A stretch of DNA of 64,000 bases, taken from the NCBI GenBank assembly GCA_044892505.1, contig CM097882.1, positions 72,602,001 to 72,666,000 on the forward strand, given 5' to 3'. This stretch comes from Schmidtea nova (lineage: Eukaryota). The notes beneath the pieces are model-generated. The model did not search any database, was not told the DNA's origin, and saw only the letters and a program-made list of their open reading frames with translations. The position numbers were made by a program, and so were the translations under genes. Below, in pieces: positions 48,859-63,416 of this stretch (position 1 is the first letter of the stretch; each line of letters begins with the position of its first letter).

Positions 48859-49389
48859 GCTAGTGTAAATACTTGATAAATTTTATTTATAGTATCAGTA
48901 TTATTAAGTTAGTTTATAATTAAAGTAAATCCGCTTATTGTGGGCCCTACTTAATGTGAATATATCCATACTACAGACGATAGATTTTGTTCGGGTCATT
49001 TATATTTTACATTGGAGATTCTTTATGCAGAGCAGCCATATAATTCAGTATGTACTTAGCACTTCTGTAATAAACAAGCTTTGCTGTAATAGAATGCGAA
49101 TTAGTTGGTATTATCTGACAGGCTTCTAAGTTATTGTGAGTTTAGTACTTTTTCTTCCTCATTAACTAGTCTAAATATAATGGTTGTTCCTAAGTAACAA
49201 AAACACTCTTTTGCATCTTATCTATTGTTTTATTTCCATGGATAATATTTGCGACATTTGGAGTGACTGAAGTACTTGTCAACGAATGAACATTAAAAAT
49301 AAGATCGAATTAGTGTACACCATTACCGAATGAAATCTGCCAGTTTATACGTCATTGACTACTTTGTCTGGCTTTGGTCTGCAGAACGC

Positions 49390-49749
49390 ACTCAATTTTC
49401 TTGCATGACAATGCTAGACCACACGTCACACGACTAATTCTGTTTAAGCTTAATTAATTAGACAAAATACTCGTTCATTCACCATTTTCATCTGACCTGA
49501 CACCATCAGACTATATCTATTTTAAGCATTTAGACAACTTTCTTAGTGGTTAAAGCTTCAGAATCCAGGACACTGTCAAAAATACCTTCTGAGAGTCTGT
49601 CGCTTCACAAAGCCAGATTTCCTTATGCTAATGGGATAAATAAAACATTTATCCCGCATGTTAAAAGTGTATCTTATCTAATGTGTCTTATTTTGATTAA
49701 AAAAGTTCGAGATTAACTAAGTTATAGCATTAATTTTGCACCAACCTAA
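49390..49749 (+). mobile_element. mariner 3' remnant
   Basis: HDNARPH, PFSSDLTPSDY, terminal TTTTGCACCAACCTAA followed by TA. Confidence 0.88.
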
Positions 49750-52561
49750 TATTCGAATTTATAGCAATAAATTTATTATTTCATTCAAATAAATATTTTT
49801 CTAAAATAAATTTGAGAGTACGTTCTCTCTGCTAGGATTATTCCATAATTAATAGTTCTTTCCCACTGAGATTCTATTTGTGTGGTACTCTATGTTGCAG
49901 GTTCACTGTCAAAAAAAGAAACGAATTTATTTTGGCAAATCTTTTGGTGGCGTTAAGCCATACTTTGGTACACCAGCTGCCATTGCCGGCCAATAATTTG
50001 TGTATGTTATTTCGTAACCATTGTTTTCTCACTGTAAAATTAAAATAAATCCTCGGGCTTAGATTGATGTGGGTTTAGTCGACGAAACGAACATGTTCAA
50101 CACATCTTTGCCTAAAAGAGATAAGAGTCTTACGTTAATTTATAAGATCCAATCTTTACGAAGAAGATGTATATTGTCAATAGGCTAATGAAAGGATTTC
50201 GATCTTAATTGGACTTGTTTGGTTTTAACAGTCAGCTTATTTTCATTAAGTTTGTAGAAAAGGGATTATACAATAAAAAATCCACTAAACAGTATGATGG
50301 CTAGCCAATATAATGGGAAAGGTTCGGTCACTCAATAAAATTAACCTTTCTTATTAAACAGTTCAATATTAATAACTTTTTGTAAGGTCTCAGTGATGGA
50401 CCAAATTTTTGTTTCTTTTGTATTGAGTTCAAAAATAATTGTTTGATAAGTTATATATTTAATATTTGATAATTTTAATAATTTATAATTATTTAACAAA
50501 TATTTTAGCAACAAAGAATTAGCTCATTTGTAAGTCAAATTATAATGTGAATATTATTATTAAAATAAACCTCTAGGACTCAAGAAATTCAGTGAAGGCA
50601 ATTTATTTATTTATTTCTTAGATTTTGTTTTATTTTTTCAATGTCTAGAATCGAAAACACAGTTCCCCGGTAATTTTCATACATTTTTTTAATATTTTAA
50701 TTATAAACATTTCTCGTCCTTTTGTCGTTATTAGAATGGGGATTTCGATTGCATTGTTAATGGGAATATTTTATAAACGAAATATTTCAACTTGAAAAAA
50801 TTAGTTATTTCATTTGTCAGGCAGATCGAGTCTCCCTTAACAAGTCCGAAATTAACATTCTAATACCTAAATCCGCCTCAAAGCGGGCCTTCCCAAAACT
50901 ATGATAGTATGAACATCTAAACCGTTATCCATAATATTTTCTTGCCACATTGTAGTCGAATAAAAGGCGAATAAAATAGTTTTGTTTTTAATTTGTATAA
51001 CGGTCAGTTCGAACATCAGTTCGAAGTGCGTCTTTTACCATCTCTAAGAAAAATTGTGGCATTAGAGGGTTAAGTTGACTTTTCTTTACTTTTCTTCATT
51101 ACAAAAATATGCAAAGTTTTAAAAAGATTTAGAATTCACAAAAATATGTATATCTTTTAGTTATTTAATAATAAATTAATTAGAAAATGGAATTTTTAAA
51201 TTCCTACTGTCGGTTGACAATAATACAAAGGAGCTACGTTCCGGTAAAAGTCGTGAAATTTGAAACCAGAGGATTTTCCAGTATGAGTTTAAGGTTTGCA
51301 GTTAAAATAACGTGTCTTTTCCTAGAGGGTTTACATTGAAATTAAGTAATTTAAAATTTTTTTTTTAATTTATTAACCTTACCAAGATTTTCAAATTGAA
51401 GTATAAGTGTATATCTGGAACTGCTGGAACTTTCAAAGTGAAATGATAGATTTAGTCAGATATAGAAAGGTACATTCGGGACAGTACATGTCTTACCTTT
51501 TGACAGATTGCCATCAATATAGACAAACTGACGATTTTATTTCAGCTACCAAGAAATATAAGTTAAATATGCAAATAAGTCTGGAAAGAATAGTTTTCCC
51601 TTTCAGATTTTTCTAAAAATTGTGCAAATTCTTTAAAGAAAAAACTTTCTCAGAAATATTAGCAATTAATTTCATTAATATTTCATTAATTAAATTCCTA
51701 AATATTAATAATTAAAGGATAAAAACCAATGTTTAATTAATAAATTTTAAGTAGTTATGAAAAATTAATTTCAATAAAATTATTTTAAAATCTTATATTA
51801 TTTTTACAGGACGCAAAAAATCGAACCAATGACATAAATAAATAAAAATAATTATTAATAATAATTTAAATAATTTAAAGTTATAACTAATTTTTATTTG
51901 ATTATAGGAAAGGTCTTCTTCTATTCTCATATCTAGAGTATGTTAGAGTGGTAATAAAAATATGTTTGACATTCTTTATTTTTATAGGATATAACACCTG
52001 TGTATCGGGTACTGATCTATTTTAAAATATATTTATTTATGTATATATATTTCAATATTAAAAGGACGAATATACTCGTGTTTCGGTCCGAGTAAGGATT
52101 TTATTTGACTACTATTTGGTTAGCATAATTGATATCATAGGAATCAAGGGCTGGATCAATTCTTTTTGTAAAAGAATTTATATTTATGATATCATTTATT
52201 GTAAATTTAGGAAAATCTAGAACGATTAAGTACTGAGGTAAGTATATTTATGGCTATTTTACTTTCTTTTTTTTTCAAATATCTCTTCAACTAAAATAAT
52301 TAGGATGAGCTATTATATTTTTGCTAAAATAATTTAAATTGCATAGAAAAAAGATATATATAATATTAACCGTAATTAATATATTTATGGGTGTGTCAGA
52401 AATATAAATAAATTCTATAACTTTATGTAAAATATGAACTTTTAGTAAAATTGAAGTATCATACGAAAGGTCTTCGAGAGGTGCATGTGATGTTCATACC
52501 CTCGAAGGTCTAAAATGGGTGCTGGAAATTCAAAGGGTCGAAAACCTTCAAATTTTTTCAA

Positions 52562-52565
<4 letters not shown>

Positions 52566-52600
<35 letters not shown>
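52566..52600. repeat. (TA)n microsatellite
   Basis: Directly visible. Confidence 0.95.
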
Positions 52601-52603
<3 letters not shown>

Positions 52604-54268
52604 CTTTAAGTAACTTGAAAAATTTTAAAAATTAAATTTACAAACAATTAACTTTATTTTTATTATCATTTTAACTTTTCCTGTCATGCGTGACGGTGGG
52701 ATTATACTAGTTAAATTAGATAAATGAAATATATAAAAATATACAACCAATACAAAATTACATTTTTTAAAATTTTTTTTTTGTCTTAAAATATTTATAA
52801 AATGTAATTTTGATTTTGAAATTTTTAGAAAGCAGCCTTTAGAAATGAACGAGTAAAATAATTTATATTTTAACAGCAAAATATTTTAAATATTTTCTAT
52901 ATTAAGTCTACCAAAGCAAACGTTATAAGGGTAATCATTTATACATAAATTTTTATAATTTTATTTATTCAAATAGAGCCAGCTTAAAACTTTCGCCTCG
53001 CCAATCAACGTAATTAATTATTTATTTTTAAAAAATATATTTTTATTTATTGATCTTATAATATTTTTAATATCATATTAATTTTAATTATGTCCTTTCA
53101 AGATCAAAATGAAGATCGAAATAAACTCTAATAAATCATTTTTTAAATAAACTTTATTTCATTTTTTATTGACATGCAAAATAATATTACAAAATTAAAA
53201 ATCTGAAAAATCTAAAATTTGAAATTTTTTATATAAAATTTACCTTTTAAGGATCAATTTAATTTTGAATTTCAAACAGTCGGAAAAATAACAAACCTAG
53301 TGACATTTTTATCCACGTTCAAGAGAAATGCCGGATGAACAAATCAGGAATGAAATTTCGGATACAAAAGATGAGTTCAAAACCGACCATGTGTATTGTT
53401 TAATAAGCATGCGATGTTAGTGCAGAATTAATTCAGAGTGCATAAAAAAAAATCAACCAAGACGCTTCTAAAAGAACTGACTACATAATTAGCTGTTTCC
53501 TGAAGGCTTCGCGAGTGAATTACAACCCTTACTTCCATTCATATGTTTTTTGCGTGAAAAGTGGAATAAATTGACGAGAAAACCAAATCACGATATCACA
53601 TCAACAAGTTGTATTAAACGGCCAAAAATTTCAGAAGTTTGGATCTAGGTGAAACTGTTTTGGGAACTTTTGACCGAAGAGTCGATTATAAAGTTGTTTA
53701 AGAAATGCGAAATAAGATAACGCAATTTTGAAGGAATTAACAACACTAGTTCAGCCGAAAGTAATACAAATGGTGATATCAACAAGACGAGTGTTAGTAC
53801 TAAGGGGGGAGAAGAAATAAATAATGCTAATACGAATAATTTTTAACAATAAATAAAAGTTGAGTTGAAAATATTATATAACTAATAAAATATCCCTTTT
53901 ATAAAATATGTCCAATGAATTTGAGGAGCGTATTATGGTCCTTAAAGTATGATAATTTCATATTTGCAACAATTATTTTATTTATAATTTATCAGAATTA
54001 ATCCACTGGCAATTATCACTAATAGTGTTCTTGACAGTCAAGGAAGCCGAAGACATGAAGAGAATGATTGAGAAGATATTGCAAAATTGAAAGAAAATGT
54101 GTCTAAGGATATGGGAAATCGCACAAATGGAGTTGTCTGTGAAGCTAAATATTTACAAGAGAGCAACACAGTTGATGTTGGACTTAGTGTAGCAGAATCT
54201 TCCCACGCTATTTAACGGCTAAAATGATGGCTACATGTAAAGTTGCTTATGGAAATAACTTATTCCTA

Positions 54269-54415
54269 NNNNNNNNNNNNNNNNNNNNNNNNNNNNNNNN
54301 NNNNNNNNNNNNNNNNNNNNNNNNNNNNNNNNNNNNNNNNNNNNNNNNNNNNNNNNNNNNNNNNNNNNNNNNNNNNNNNNNNNNNNNNNNNNNNNNNNNN
54401 NNNNNNNNNNNNNNN
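54269..54415. other. Assembly gap (N run)
   Basis: Ns. Confidence 1.
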
Positions 54416-54519
54416 TTAAATTTTGTCGAAGTTGTAAAATACCTTAACTATGACAATAATCCATCAGTGGAATAGACGTATAAAAATTATCAAAGTATAC
54501 TTAATGATTTTTATTTTTA

Positions 54520-55040
54520 AGTATGTCTTTGGCCGAACGTAATACTATATTTGAACTTGTCCCTAGGTTAGGCTTGTGTGATGGTCTAGTTAACGGTTCA
54601 TTTTCTAAGTCTCTATATAATTCAAAGTTATAAGTGCAACAAGGAATTCCACGTAAGAAAAACAATTTTTATCCCCATTATTTATTATCCCGTTTTTTAA
54701 TCTCCATTTATTATGCATTAAAACTTGCGTACCCGGGTAATCCTGATTGAATTTGTTTTTAGTTTTCATTAAAATGTTATGAAGCTTGAATTCATTTGAA
54801 ATTATATCATTTTTGTGAAATCGTTTCATGTAACCGCATTCCAGTAATCCTTGATATCACTGCTGTATGAAACTGAAAATAGAACACATATTCCGATAAA
54901 TATTTTGAAAGCATTATTTTGTATCGTTTCTGTAACACTTGGATTAGTTTGTACTGCATAAAGAGCTGACTCATCTATAATTTGATCAAAAAGACAAACT
55001 TCAATTAAATTTACAAATACCAAATACAAAATTTTCTAAA
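54520..55040 (-). mobile_element. piggyBac transposase remnant
   Basis: IIDESALYAVQ...FKIFIGICVL...DIKDYW and LGTSSNIVLR resemble the PGBD N-terminal domain. Confidence 0.5.
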
Positions 55041-55203
55041 TAGAAACTTTCCAATGACAAGTCTTCACCTCCTACCAACTCCTTCGCATCTTCGGATAAA
55101 ATGAGGCTTTTTTTACTCTTACATTACGTTTATTTTAGAGGCTTTCAGTTTCATTTGGAATAGTAAGTGTTTTATTAACCAGCCTTGATGTACCTGAAGA
55201 ACA

Positions 55204-57640
55204 TGTGAGAATAATTAAATAAAAATAGTATTTTATTTTCATTTTTAAATAGATTTAAATACTATAATAAAATTAGATGATAAAATTATAAATTAGCATA
55301 ATAATTTAAATATAAATATTGAAGTTAATAATTAGCTTGACTGTAAATTTCATATTTAAGAATGATTGAAAATTAAAATATAAAATATTGATTGAATGCT
55401 TATGTATGAATATTCCATATTCAATTATTAAAAATGCTTGCAAAAATATAAAAAAGAAATTGTTAGAATAATATCAGAAATTTGTGCTGTGTTTAAAAAT
55501 ATAGTTTTTTTCGAAATTATAGACATTTTTAATTTAAGAAATCAAAACAAATTGTATGGCGACCTCTATGGCCAATTTTATCAAAGCACCGGAGAATTTT
55601 GAGATGGGAACCGATGTTGAAGATTTTTTCCAAGAAACAGAAAGATGTCAAATGTGGAGGACTTCAATGGGATATTTGTCAAACCTTTCTTATCAACGGA
55701 TGCAATTAAGAAATATGATTTAACCTTCAAAAAGCCAATGAATCTGATGGAAGACTTAAGTAAAGCGTTAGAATATAGTCAATGAGTTGATTGCGCGGAA
55801 AACAATTTTGAAATTGTCAAAACGAATAATGAAACATGAATTTAATGAAGAAGAGCTACAAATATTTCTCATTCAATGCCGTGAAAACCAAGATTTGAAA
55901 TATTATATTATTTAGGATTAAATGAATACAAATTAGTGGAAGAAATTAAAAAAAAGAATTAAAAACACGAAATAATAATTAATGAATTAAATTAAAACAG
56001 TGACTCAGTGGCAGTTATATGAACTGAAACAATATACGCGGGCATGGTGCAAAAAGCTGTAATTATTTCAACAAGATTTTTGCCACAAAGATACAACGAA
56101 ATGTTTAGAAGAAATAAATTGAGCGAACCAAGACAAAATCACGAATATCTAAACAAGCAATATAATTTTAATTATCAAAGAATTCAAGGAAATGACAGAC
56201 CAAATTTATAATGCTTGCATAACATGAAGAGGGCCATAGGAGAGCAGAATGCTCGTATGTTAAGTGTTATCATTGTTAGAAGGCAGGACATTTCAAGCAC
56301 CAGTGCTTTCAATTAAGAGACAATTTGAGAAGACAGTGAACAAGAAAACATACTAGGAAAATTCCAAGGAAATGGCCAAAATATCAGAAACCGACAATAT
56401 TAGAGACCAGTTGCAGCTATAGAAGAATAAGATCACGAAAGTCAATATCCAAATGGATATGCGCCACCACGAGAGGAGGTGATCGGAGCACTGCAGTAAG
56501 TATGAGTTATATATTGAATGGGGAATTGTATGATAAATGTTTGTATGATGATTGTTTGCATGTATTAATTGATGAGAAATATGACTATGTAATTAACAAT
56601 GATAATTGTAATTGCGTCTCCTATAATAATATTTATAGTGAATGGTGTAATAATGGATTGAGATTAGATAATTTTGAAGATGTTTTAGAGTATATTTNNN
56701 NNNNNNNNNNNNNNNNNNNNNNNNNNNNNNNNNNNNNNNNNNNNNNNNNNNNNNNNNNNNNNNNNNNNNNNNNNNNNNNNNNNNNNNNNNNNNNNNNNNN
56801 NNNNNNNNNNNNNNNNNNNNNNNNNNNNNNNNNNNNNNNNNNNNNNNNNNNNNNNNNNNNNNNNNNNNATGGTAGACCGAGTGTCACAATATTGATTAAT
56901 GAGAACGAATTGTGCTGTTTATTAGATCCAGGAGCAAAGATCAGTGTGATTTGCGGTAGTATATTATAAAAGATAGGAAAGTTTAGTATGGAAAAATGTT
57001 ACATTAAATATATTAAATATAACATTATATTAAAATGTTATATTAAAATGTTAAATGTGCAAATGTGTCACCAGTATCTATTGTAAAAAAAGAAATTATT
57101 TCAGTTCAAATAGTGGGAACAAAAGCGAGGTCAATAATTGAACTTATTGTTGCCAAAGAGATTTCACCAAAGGTAATTGGAGGAACTGACTAATTGAAAA
57201 AAATCGACATAATGTTAAAGATGAGGAACCGTTTATTAAGGACGATGAATATATTGCTGGAATAATAAACGTAAAAGAAGTGAGCGAATCTAACCAATGT
57301 AAAAATAACAATGTTAAAGAATTATGCAGAAATTTTGAGTCAATTTTTATGAAACACAAATGGATGTAGGTAAGAGAAATTTAATAACGCAATATTTCAA
57401 CATCAGGAAGAACTATTGTGATTTATCCAAGGCGACAGTCAGCCCATTTAATTGGAAAGATTGATGAAAATATTAAAAACAAGATGGAAAAATTCTGAAT
57501 TATAAAAGAATGTAAGTTCCCATGGAGCACCTTTTTGCGTGTAAAGTAAAAAGATAAAAACGATGTACGAATTTATCTAGAGTTTAGAGCGCTAAACATT
57601 GTCACCGAACGACAGTTAGTCCCAACGGTTTAAACTGAGA
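55204..57640 (+). mobile_element. Decayed gypsy element related to G1 (5' LTR, PBS, gag, protease, RT start)
   Basis: LTR 55204-55556, PBS TGGCGACC 55557-64, gag ATG 55568 with two degenerate CCHC knuckles, LLDPGAKISV, RT N-terminus, truncated at about 57630. Confidence 0.8.
56698..56868. other. Assembly gap (N run)
   Basis: Ns. Confidence 1.
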
Positions 57641-58779
57641 AATTGCATTTGTGTTATGCCCACATATTCCTTTTATGATTGTTATTTTTATCTCTGAGTC
57701 TCGGAGTTTTTATAATAAACTTTTTCTAATATCTTCATTAAATGATTTATTACTAATTTTAAATATTAATTAAATTTATTTCAAAATTTTTTTTAGTATT
57801 ATTTTTAGAATTTACGAAGCCGAATTGACAATGTTAGTTTTTTTTATTTATGTTCTATTTATAATTATTTGGAACTGGGAAATTTATTTTAAAAGTTTAT
57901 TTATATAAATTTCACTCTAAATTAACAAATGGGAAAAGCTTTTTTAAATCATTGAATTTGTTGTATTTTAGAAAATTGCAAAAAAAGATAAATTATAAAT
58001 GTCCTAGACCTTAAATATTCGAGGCTTTTCTGCAACTTTAGCAACTTTCTGCAAGTTTTTAGCATTTATACACATTCTTCAACTATTTAAAATTAAATTT
58101 TATTTAATATATATTATTAATATATTTTAATTTGTTTTAATAATAAGCATTAAATCAGAATTCGGGAGAAAGTAAATATCCAGAAAGAAGTAAAAAGTCA
58201 ATTGGAAAGAATTTCGCATTGGAGTGATCATGATATTTTTAAGATCGAAATATTTTATTTAAATAAACATTGCGGAGAAAGCTTATTATTGTTACCTCCT
58301 TATTATATAAGGATAACTGAAATTATATTATCTATTTTTATAAAGACATCATACAGAAATTACAAGTAATTTACTCTTGAAAATTGCAAGTGAGTAAATG
58401 AAAAATAAATAAAATCATTTTGATAATTAAAAATAATTTCTTTATAAAATACACTTATTGAAGCTAGATTGACTTTTAAAGATGTATTATTTGTAATAAA
58501 ATAAAAATGAATTAAATGGAATGCTTAATCACAATCTTTGTTAATGAGAGCATTTTGGAAAACAGTTAAAAAATAATTAATAGAATATAGCAATAGGTTT
58601 TTTATTATAAATTCTTAAGCAAAAAAATCCTAATATTTGAGTGTCCAGGTCCGCGCCAAGCTGAGATGCACCGGGTGCCATGTACCCGGAAATTGAATAG
58701 TAATACTAATTGTCCAAACTTTTTTACGATGATGATGATCAATACTTACTGCTTGTTAATAAAATATAACTTGGAAGTA

Positions 58780-58907
58780 NNNNNNNNNNNNNNNNNNNNN
58801 NNNNNNNNNNNNNNNNNNNNNNNNNNNNNNNNNNNNNNNNNNNNNNNNNNNNNNNNNNNNNNNNNNNNNNNNNNNNNNNNNNNNNNNNNNNNNNNNNNNN
58901 NNNNNNN
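58780..58907. other. Assembly gap (N run)
   Basis: Ns. Confidence 1.
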
Positions 58908-59489
58908 TGAGGCTAAAATAAATTTTACTTTTTAGGGGTGACAAATATTTTCTGAAACCCTGACACCAGGGCCGCGCAAAGGTATATTGGCGGTAAATGC
59001 CATTGGCTGAAATTAGGAATTGCGTGTTGGCGTTGCTGTTTATGAAAATTCGATGTATTTTTGAATAAATTTTAAAGCTTTCAAAAAGATAATTGCAATA
59101 TTATCTATTTTCTATTAAATTCACATGTAAATTTTAAAATTTGTATTAATTTTAACAATTTATAGTTAATTAAATACTCCAGTGCTCATTTTATAAATTA
59201 TGACAGTGTTTAAAACTAATTTATCCTTTGTGACTTTATGAATATTCTTGTTTACCAAAAAATTAAACCATTGTAAAACATGTTGAAAAATTATAGTATA
59301 AAAATAGAAAATGTTTAAGAATAAATAAAATCTTACTCACACAGGGAGATAAGACTTAATGGAAAGAAGAATATATAGTAAGTAGATAATGACCCATTTG
59401 AACCGCCCTCTCCCATCAGTTCAAGATTTTTGTATAGGAAATTTATCTCAATCTTTTGTACAGTGGTTCAGTGGATTTTAAACTCTCAA

Positions 59490-60190
59490 ATTTTCTTCGA
59501 GCAAAAAGGGATTCTGGTATTTTTGAACTATTATGTTTAATAGAGAATTTTATGGAAAATAAAAAACACGTGTAAATTTTTTAAACAAGTTAAATAGATT
59601 TAAATTATTTTGTATTTGATTTTCTACTCTCAGATTTTGTTCAGGCAAAAAGGGTCTCTGATATTTGTGAACTAAAATTTTTAAGTACTAAATTTAAGAA
59701 AATGATATGAAACATGTAATTAAATTAAAAAAGTTTAAATAGACAATAAAATTTGGTGAATTTTACAAAGACAAAATAACGACATAATATTTAATAATTA
59801 TTAGAAAAAGGATAAAATAAGGCAAAATCAGAGTTGAAATGACATAATCTGAAAATTTTAAAAATAAGTACTAAATTTTTTTTGGAAAATCTGAGAGTGG
59901 GTAAATTTTTAAAAATTAAATTAATTTAAGTCAATTATTTTAAGTAAAGAATTTTAAGTAAATTATTTTAAAGTAAAATTATTATAATTTTTTGTACTGA
60001 GATTTAAAGTACTAAATTTATGAAACATGTGGTTAAATTAAAATAAACTAAAAACATGGAGAATTTTACAAAGACAGAAAAATGACAGAATATTTAAAAA
60101 TTAATAAAAAAAGGTAAAATAGGTAAAATAAAGACAAATAAGGAAGTTGTGAGATTTAATGACATAATATATAAAATTTACTGATTTTCA
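59490..60190. repeat. Imperfect AT-rich direct and inverted repeats
   Basis: GCAAAAAGGG..TCTG.TATTT.TGAACTA twice; AAGTACTAAATTT...GAATTTTACAAAGACA...ATGACATAAT twice; ACTCTCAGATTT / AAATCTGAGAGT inverted. Confidence 0.65.
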
Positions 60191-61292
60191 ATGACATTAT
60201 AAGGAAAATATATTTATTAATTGTGAAATATTTGAATAATTATTAATTTTTAAAATTTTTAAATAAATACTTTTTTTAAGTAAAATTTAACAATAAAAAT
60301 TACAAATTTTTTAACAATGATAAAATTTTTACCGATTAAAAATAAAGTCAAATGAAAATAAAAATTTTATTCATAATGTTTATTCATAATTGATTCTTCT
60401 TAATTCAGCCAAAACAATATGAATAACTTATTTTTTAATATTTGTTGGGCTGGAATATGTGAGGTTCAATTTCTGTTTAAATACGTCGAAAAGTAAATAC
60501 AAACAAAACGAGAATAATTTAAATAGTACGATAACACATAAGAGCATTAAGCAGGAAAATATCACAAAAGTATATAGAATATTAAATCACAAATAGTAGA
60601 CGTACGAACCGCATTTTATAAGTAGGTCGGGTTAGGAAGAAAACGAAATAACAGATGTATCTCAAAAGAGAGCACACAATTTGAGTGCAGGCCAAATTTA
60701 ATACAAAATACCACTCGAAAATTGAATGGGGAAGATTATTTCTAGTAAAAAGCATGATGAAAGCATAAAATTGGTGTTAAATTAAAGAGAATAATTTATT
60801 AAAAATATAGAAGAAATCCCCATCGAAACAACGTAAAAATAACAGAGATGGGAATGAAAATAGAATTGATATTAAATTTGATTGTTTTAATCACTCAATT
60901 AACGCTCGCAAAAGTGGATTCACACATTATTTAGTATAATTACAAATAAATATTTAGAAATAAATAAAATTAATTATAAAATTAAATTTAAGGAAAATAA
61001 ATAAATAATTAAAATATAAAAATAAATTGACGAATTAAATGGTAAATATTCTTGTTTTTTATTAACAATGCGTAGGTGTCAAACAAAAAACAATATAAAT
61101 AAAAACTGAAAAATCATAATTTTTACTCTCTTAAATGTAACGTTAACAGAATACATTTTTAACTTCTACTTTTGCGGACGGACGTTTGTTTTGATATTCA
61201 TTCTACCAGGGAGCATCGGTGTCAATTGAATTTATTTTGTCTTGTGGAACGAACCAACACGTAGGTTTCTATGTTTTATTTTGTTGTTAATG

Positions 61293-63345
61293 CAGTGGTT
61301 CTTAACCTTTTTGGAGGTACCGAACCCCACCAGTTACATATTCGCATTCACCGAACCCCTCCTAATTTGAAAAATAAAATTAGATTTTTTCAAATTCAAA
61401 ACGTGGTATATATATGTAGGTGTACAAAATGAAAAAAAAAAATAAAAAACAAAGATCAAAACATTAAATTTTAATGGTTAAATCAAAACATGAAACATAT
61501 TAATTAATATTTACTTCAAATCAGTGTGACTTCTGCTGTTGCCTTTCAGAAACCAATTCAGAAATTCGCGGCTTTACCTTGGCAAGTGCCACTCTTATGT
61601 CATTTTCACAACAAAGTCTATTCCTCTTCTTCGTTTTTATATCCAGCATCTTCGAAAAGGATTGCTCGCAAAGATATGTTGTAACAAACGGTATAAAAAT
61701 CTCCAGAGCTTTCTTAGCAATAACAGAGTATGTTTCCATTTGTTGACACCAAAACGTTGAGAGCGATGTTGTTCTGAAGAGTTTCTATTGAACCTGGCTC
61801 TGCTGAATTTCAATGATTTCATCAAGGTATTCATCATTGATGTTGACTGCTATCTCAACACTAAACGTGAACGGCTGTCTCACCCATGCTGGATATGACT
61901 CTCTTGTAGGGAAGTATCCATCGAGAGAGTTTGCAAGCTCACCTAAGTGCGTCGCAATTGCAGGCTTCAGTTCCGCGGTTATTTCAGGTACATCTTCGTT
62001 TTTATTTACACAGTCGTCTAGCAGGGGAAAGTTTGCAAAGTTATCGTTCTCTGTTCGTCGTTTCCATAACGGTAACTTTTTTTGAAAAGCCTTCAGGCCT
62101 TCTTCTGCTTCGATGATGTTGACTACACCGCCCTGCATCTGTTTATCGAGATTATTGAGAGCTGCGAAGAAATCAACCATGTACGCTAAAATGAGAATGA
62201 ACTCAGAATTTTTGAAGCAATCTGCATGACAATGTTGTTGCTTTTGCAAAAACTGGGCTAATTCCACATGCAAGGCAAAAACACGATTCAGCACCTGTCC
62301 CCGGGACAACCACCGAACGTTAGAATGGTACAGAAGTATCTTGAATTCTGATCCAATTTCATTACAAAGCTCCTTGAAGATGCGGTGTCTCAGAGCACTA
62401 TTTCGCTCATAGTTCACGCATTCCACTACAATTTTTAATACTTCTGCCAGTTTGGGAGGCAAGGTTTTTGTTGCCAACGCATGCCTGTGTAGAATACAAT
62501 GAGTAACAATGATGTGTGGTGCATCGGCTTTCACTAACGCACCAAAACTAGACTTTCTTCCCAACATGACTGGAGCTCCGTCCGTACAAACTGCAGAAAC
62601 TATATCCCACGAAAGATTGTTGTCTTTGAAGAAGTCATCCACTAGTTTCTTCACATTGGCTGCCTTAGTTGTTGTTGTAGGAGGCTTACAAAATAAAAAT
62701 TCTTCCTTTATCTCGTCGTGTTTCACATAGCGCACGAATACTGCAAGCTGGCTTAGATTAGAAACGTCTGTGGTCTCGTCAAGTTGAAGGCTGAATGTTG
62801 CTGGGCTTGAAATCAGATCTGCAACTACTTGAGCCAAGATGTCTTTGCTCATTTTCTCTATTCTGTCACTGATGGTGTCATTTGAAAGAGGAATTGGGGA
62901 TAACTTATATTCAACCGCTTTTCCCAGCATGATATTCACCATCTTCAACATAGCTGGTTTTATGAATGTTTCACCAATGGTGTGTGGTTTGCTCTGCTTT
63001 GCGATCAGGTAAGCAACTTCGGACGATGCCGTGAGGATCGGTTTTTTGACGGGTACAAAGCCGAGTACAGACAGAGTAGCCTTTTCATCAAATCTGACTC
63101 TCTTCACCTTGAATTCAGCGAGCGTTGTGTTCTTGTATTTTCCATCTCAATGCAGCTTAAGGAAGTGTTCTCTTAGTTTTGCCGGTGCTAGACTAGAATT
63201 ACTCAACTTGGCATTGCAAATCATGCAGTAAGGATGCTGACTCCCATCACGTTCCGTTATACATGTGAATCCATATTGTAAATATTCATCCGACCACTTT
63301 CTTTTTTTGCTCGACATAGTTCGTGCGAAGGGATTAAATACGTTA
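61293..63345 (-). mobile_element. Buster/Charlie-type hAT element, 3' TIR intact, 5' end truncated
   Basis: TIR CAGTGGTTCTTAACC at 61293 preceded by TGTTAATG (nnnTAnnn target pattern); contains the transposase below. Confidence 0.9.
61521..63317 (-). pseudogene. hAT transposase (ZBED8/FAM200/SCAND3-like), 598 codons, two premature stops, no frameshifts
   Basis: MSSKKRKWSDEY..., BED finger (CMIC...HFLKLH), LQLDETTD, CTDGAP, HCILH, VRWLS, TTYLCEQSFS; stops at about 63147 and 61785. Confidence 0.93.
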
Positions 63346-63416
63346 ACGGGTTTTCGGCCTAATTAAATTTACCCTTATTTTTATATTTAAATTCCAACAT
63401 AAAATCAATTTTAATA

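Noticed and set aside
53280-53480. hAT (ZMYM-like) remnant; likewise possible remnants at about 24.4-24.8 kb, 45.6-45.9 kb and 50.7-50.9 kb
   Set aside because: Similarity too weak to assign a family without a profile search.
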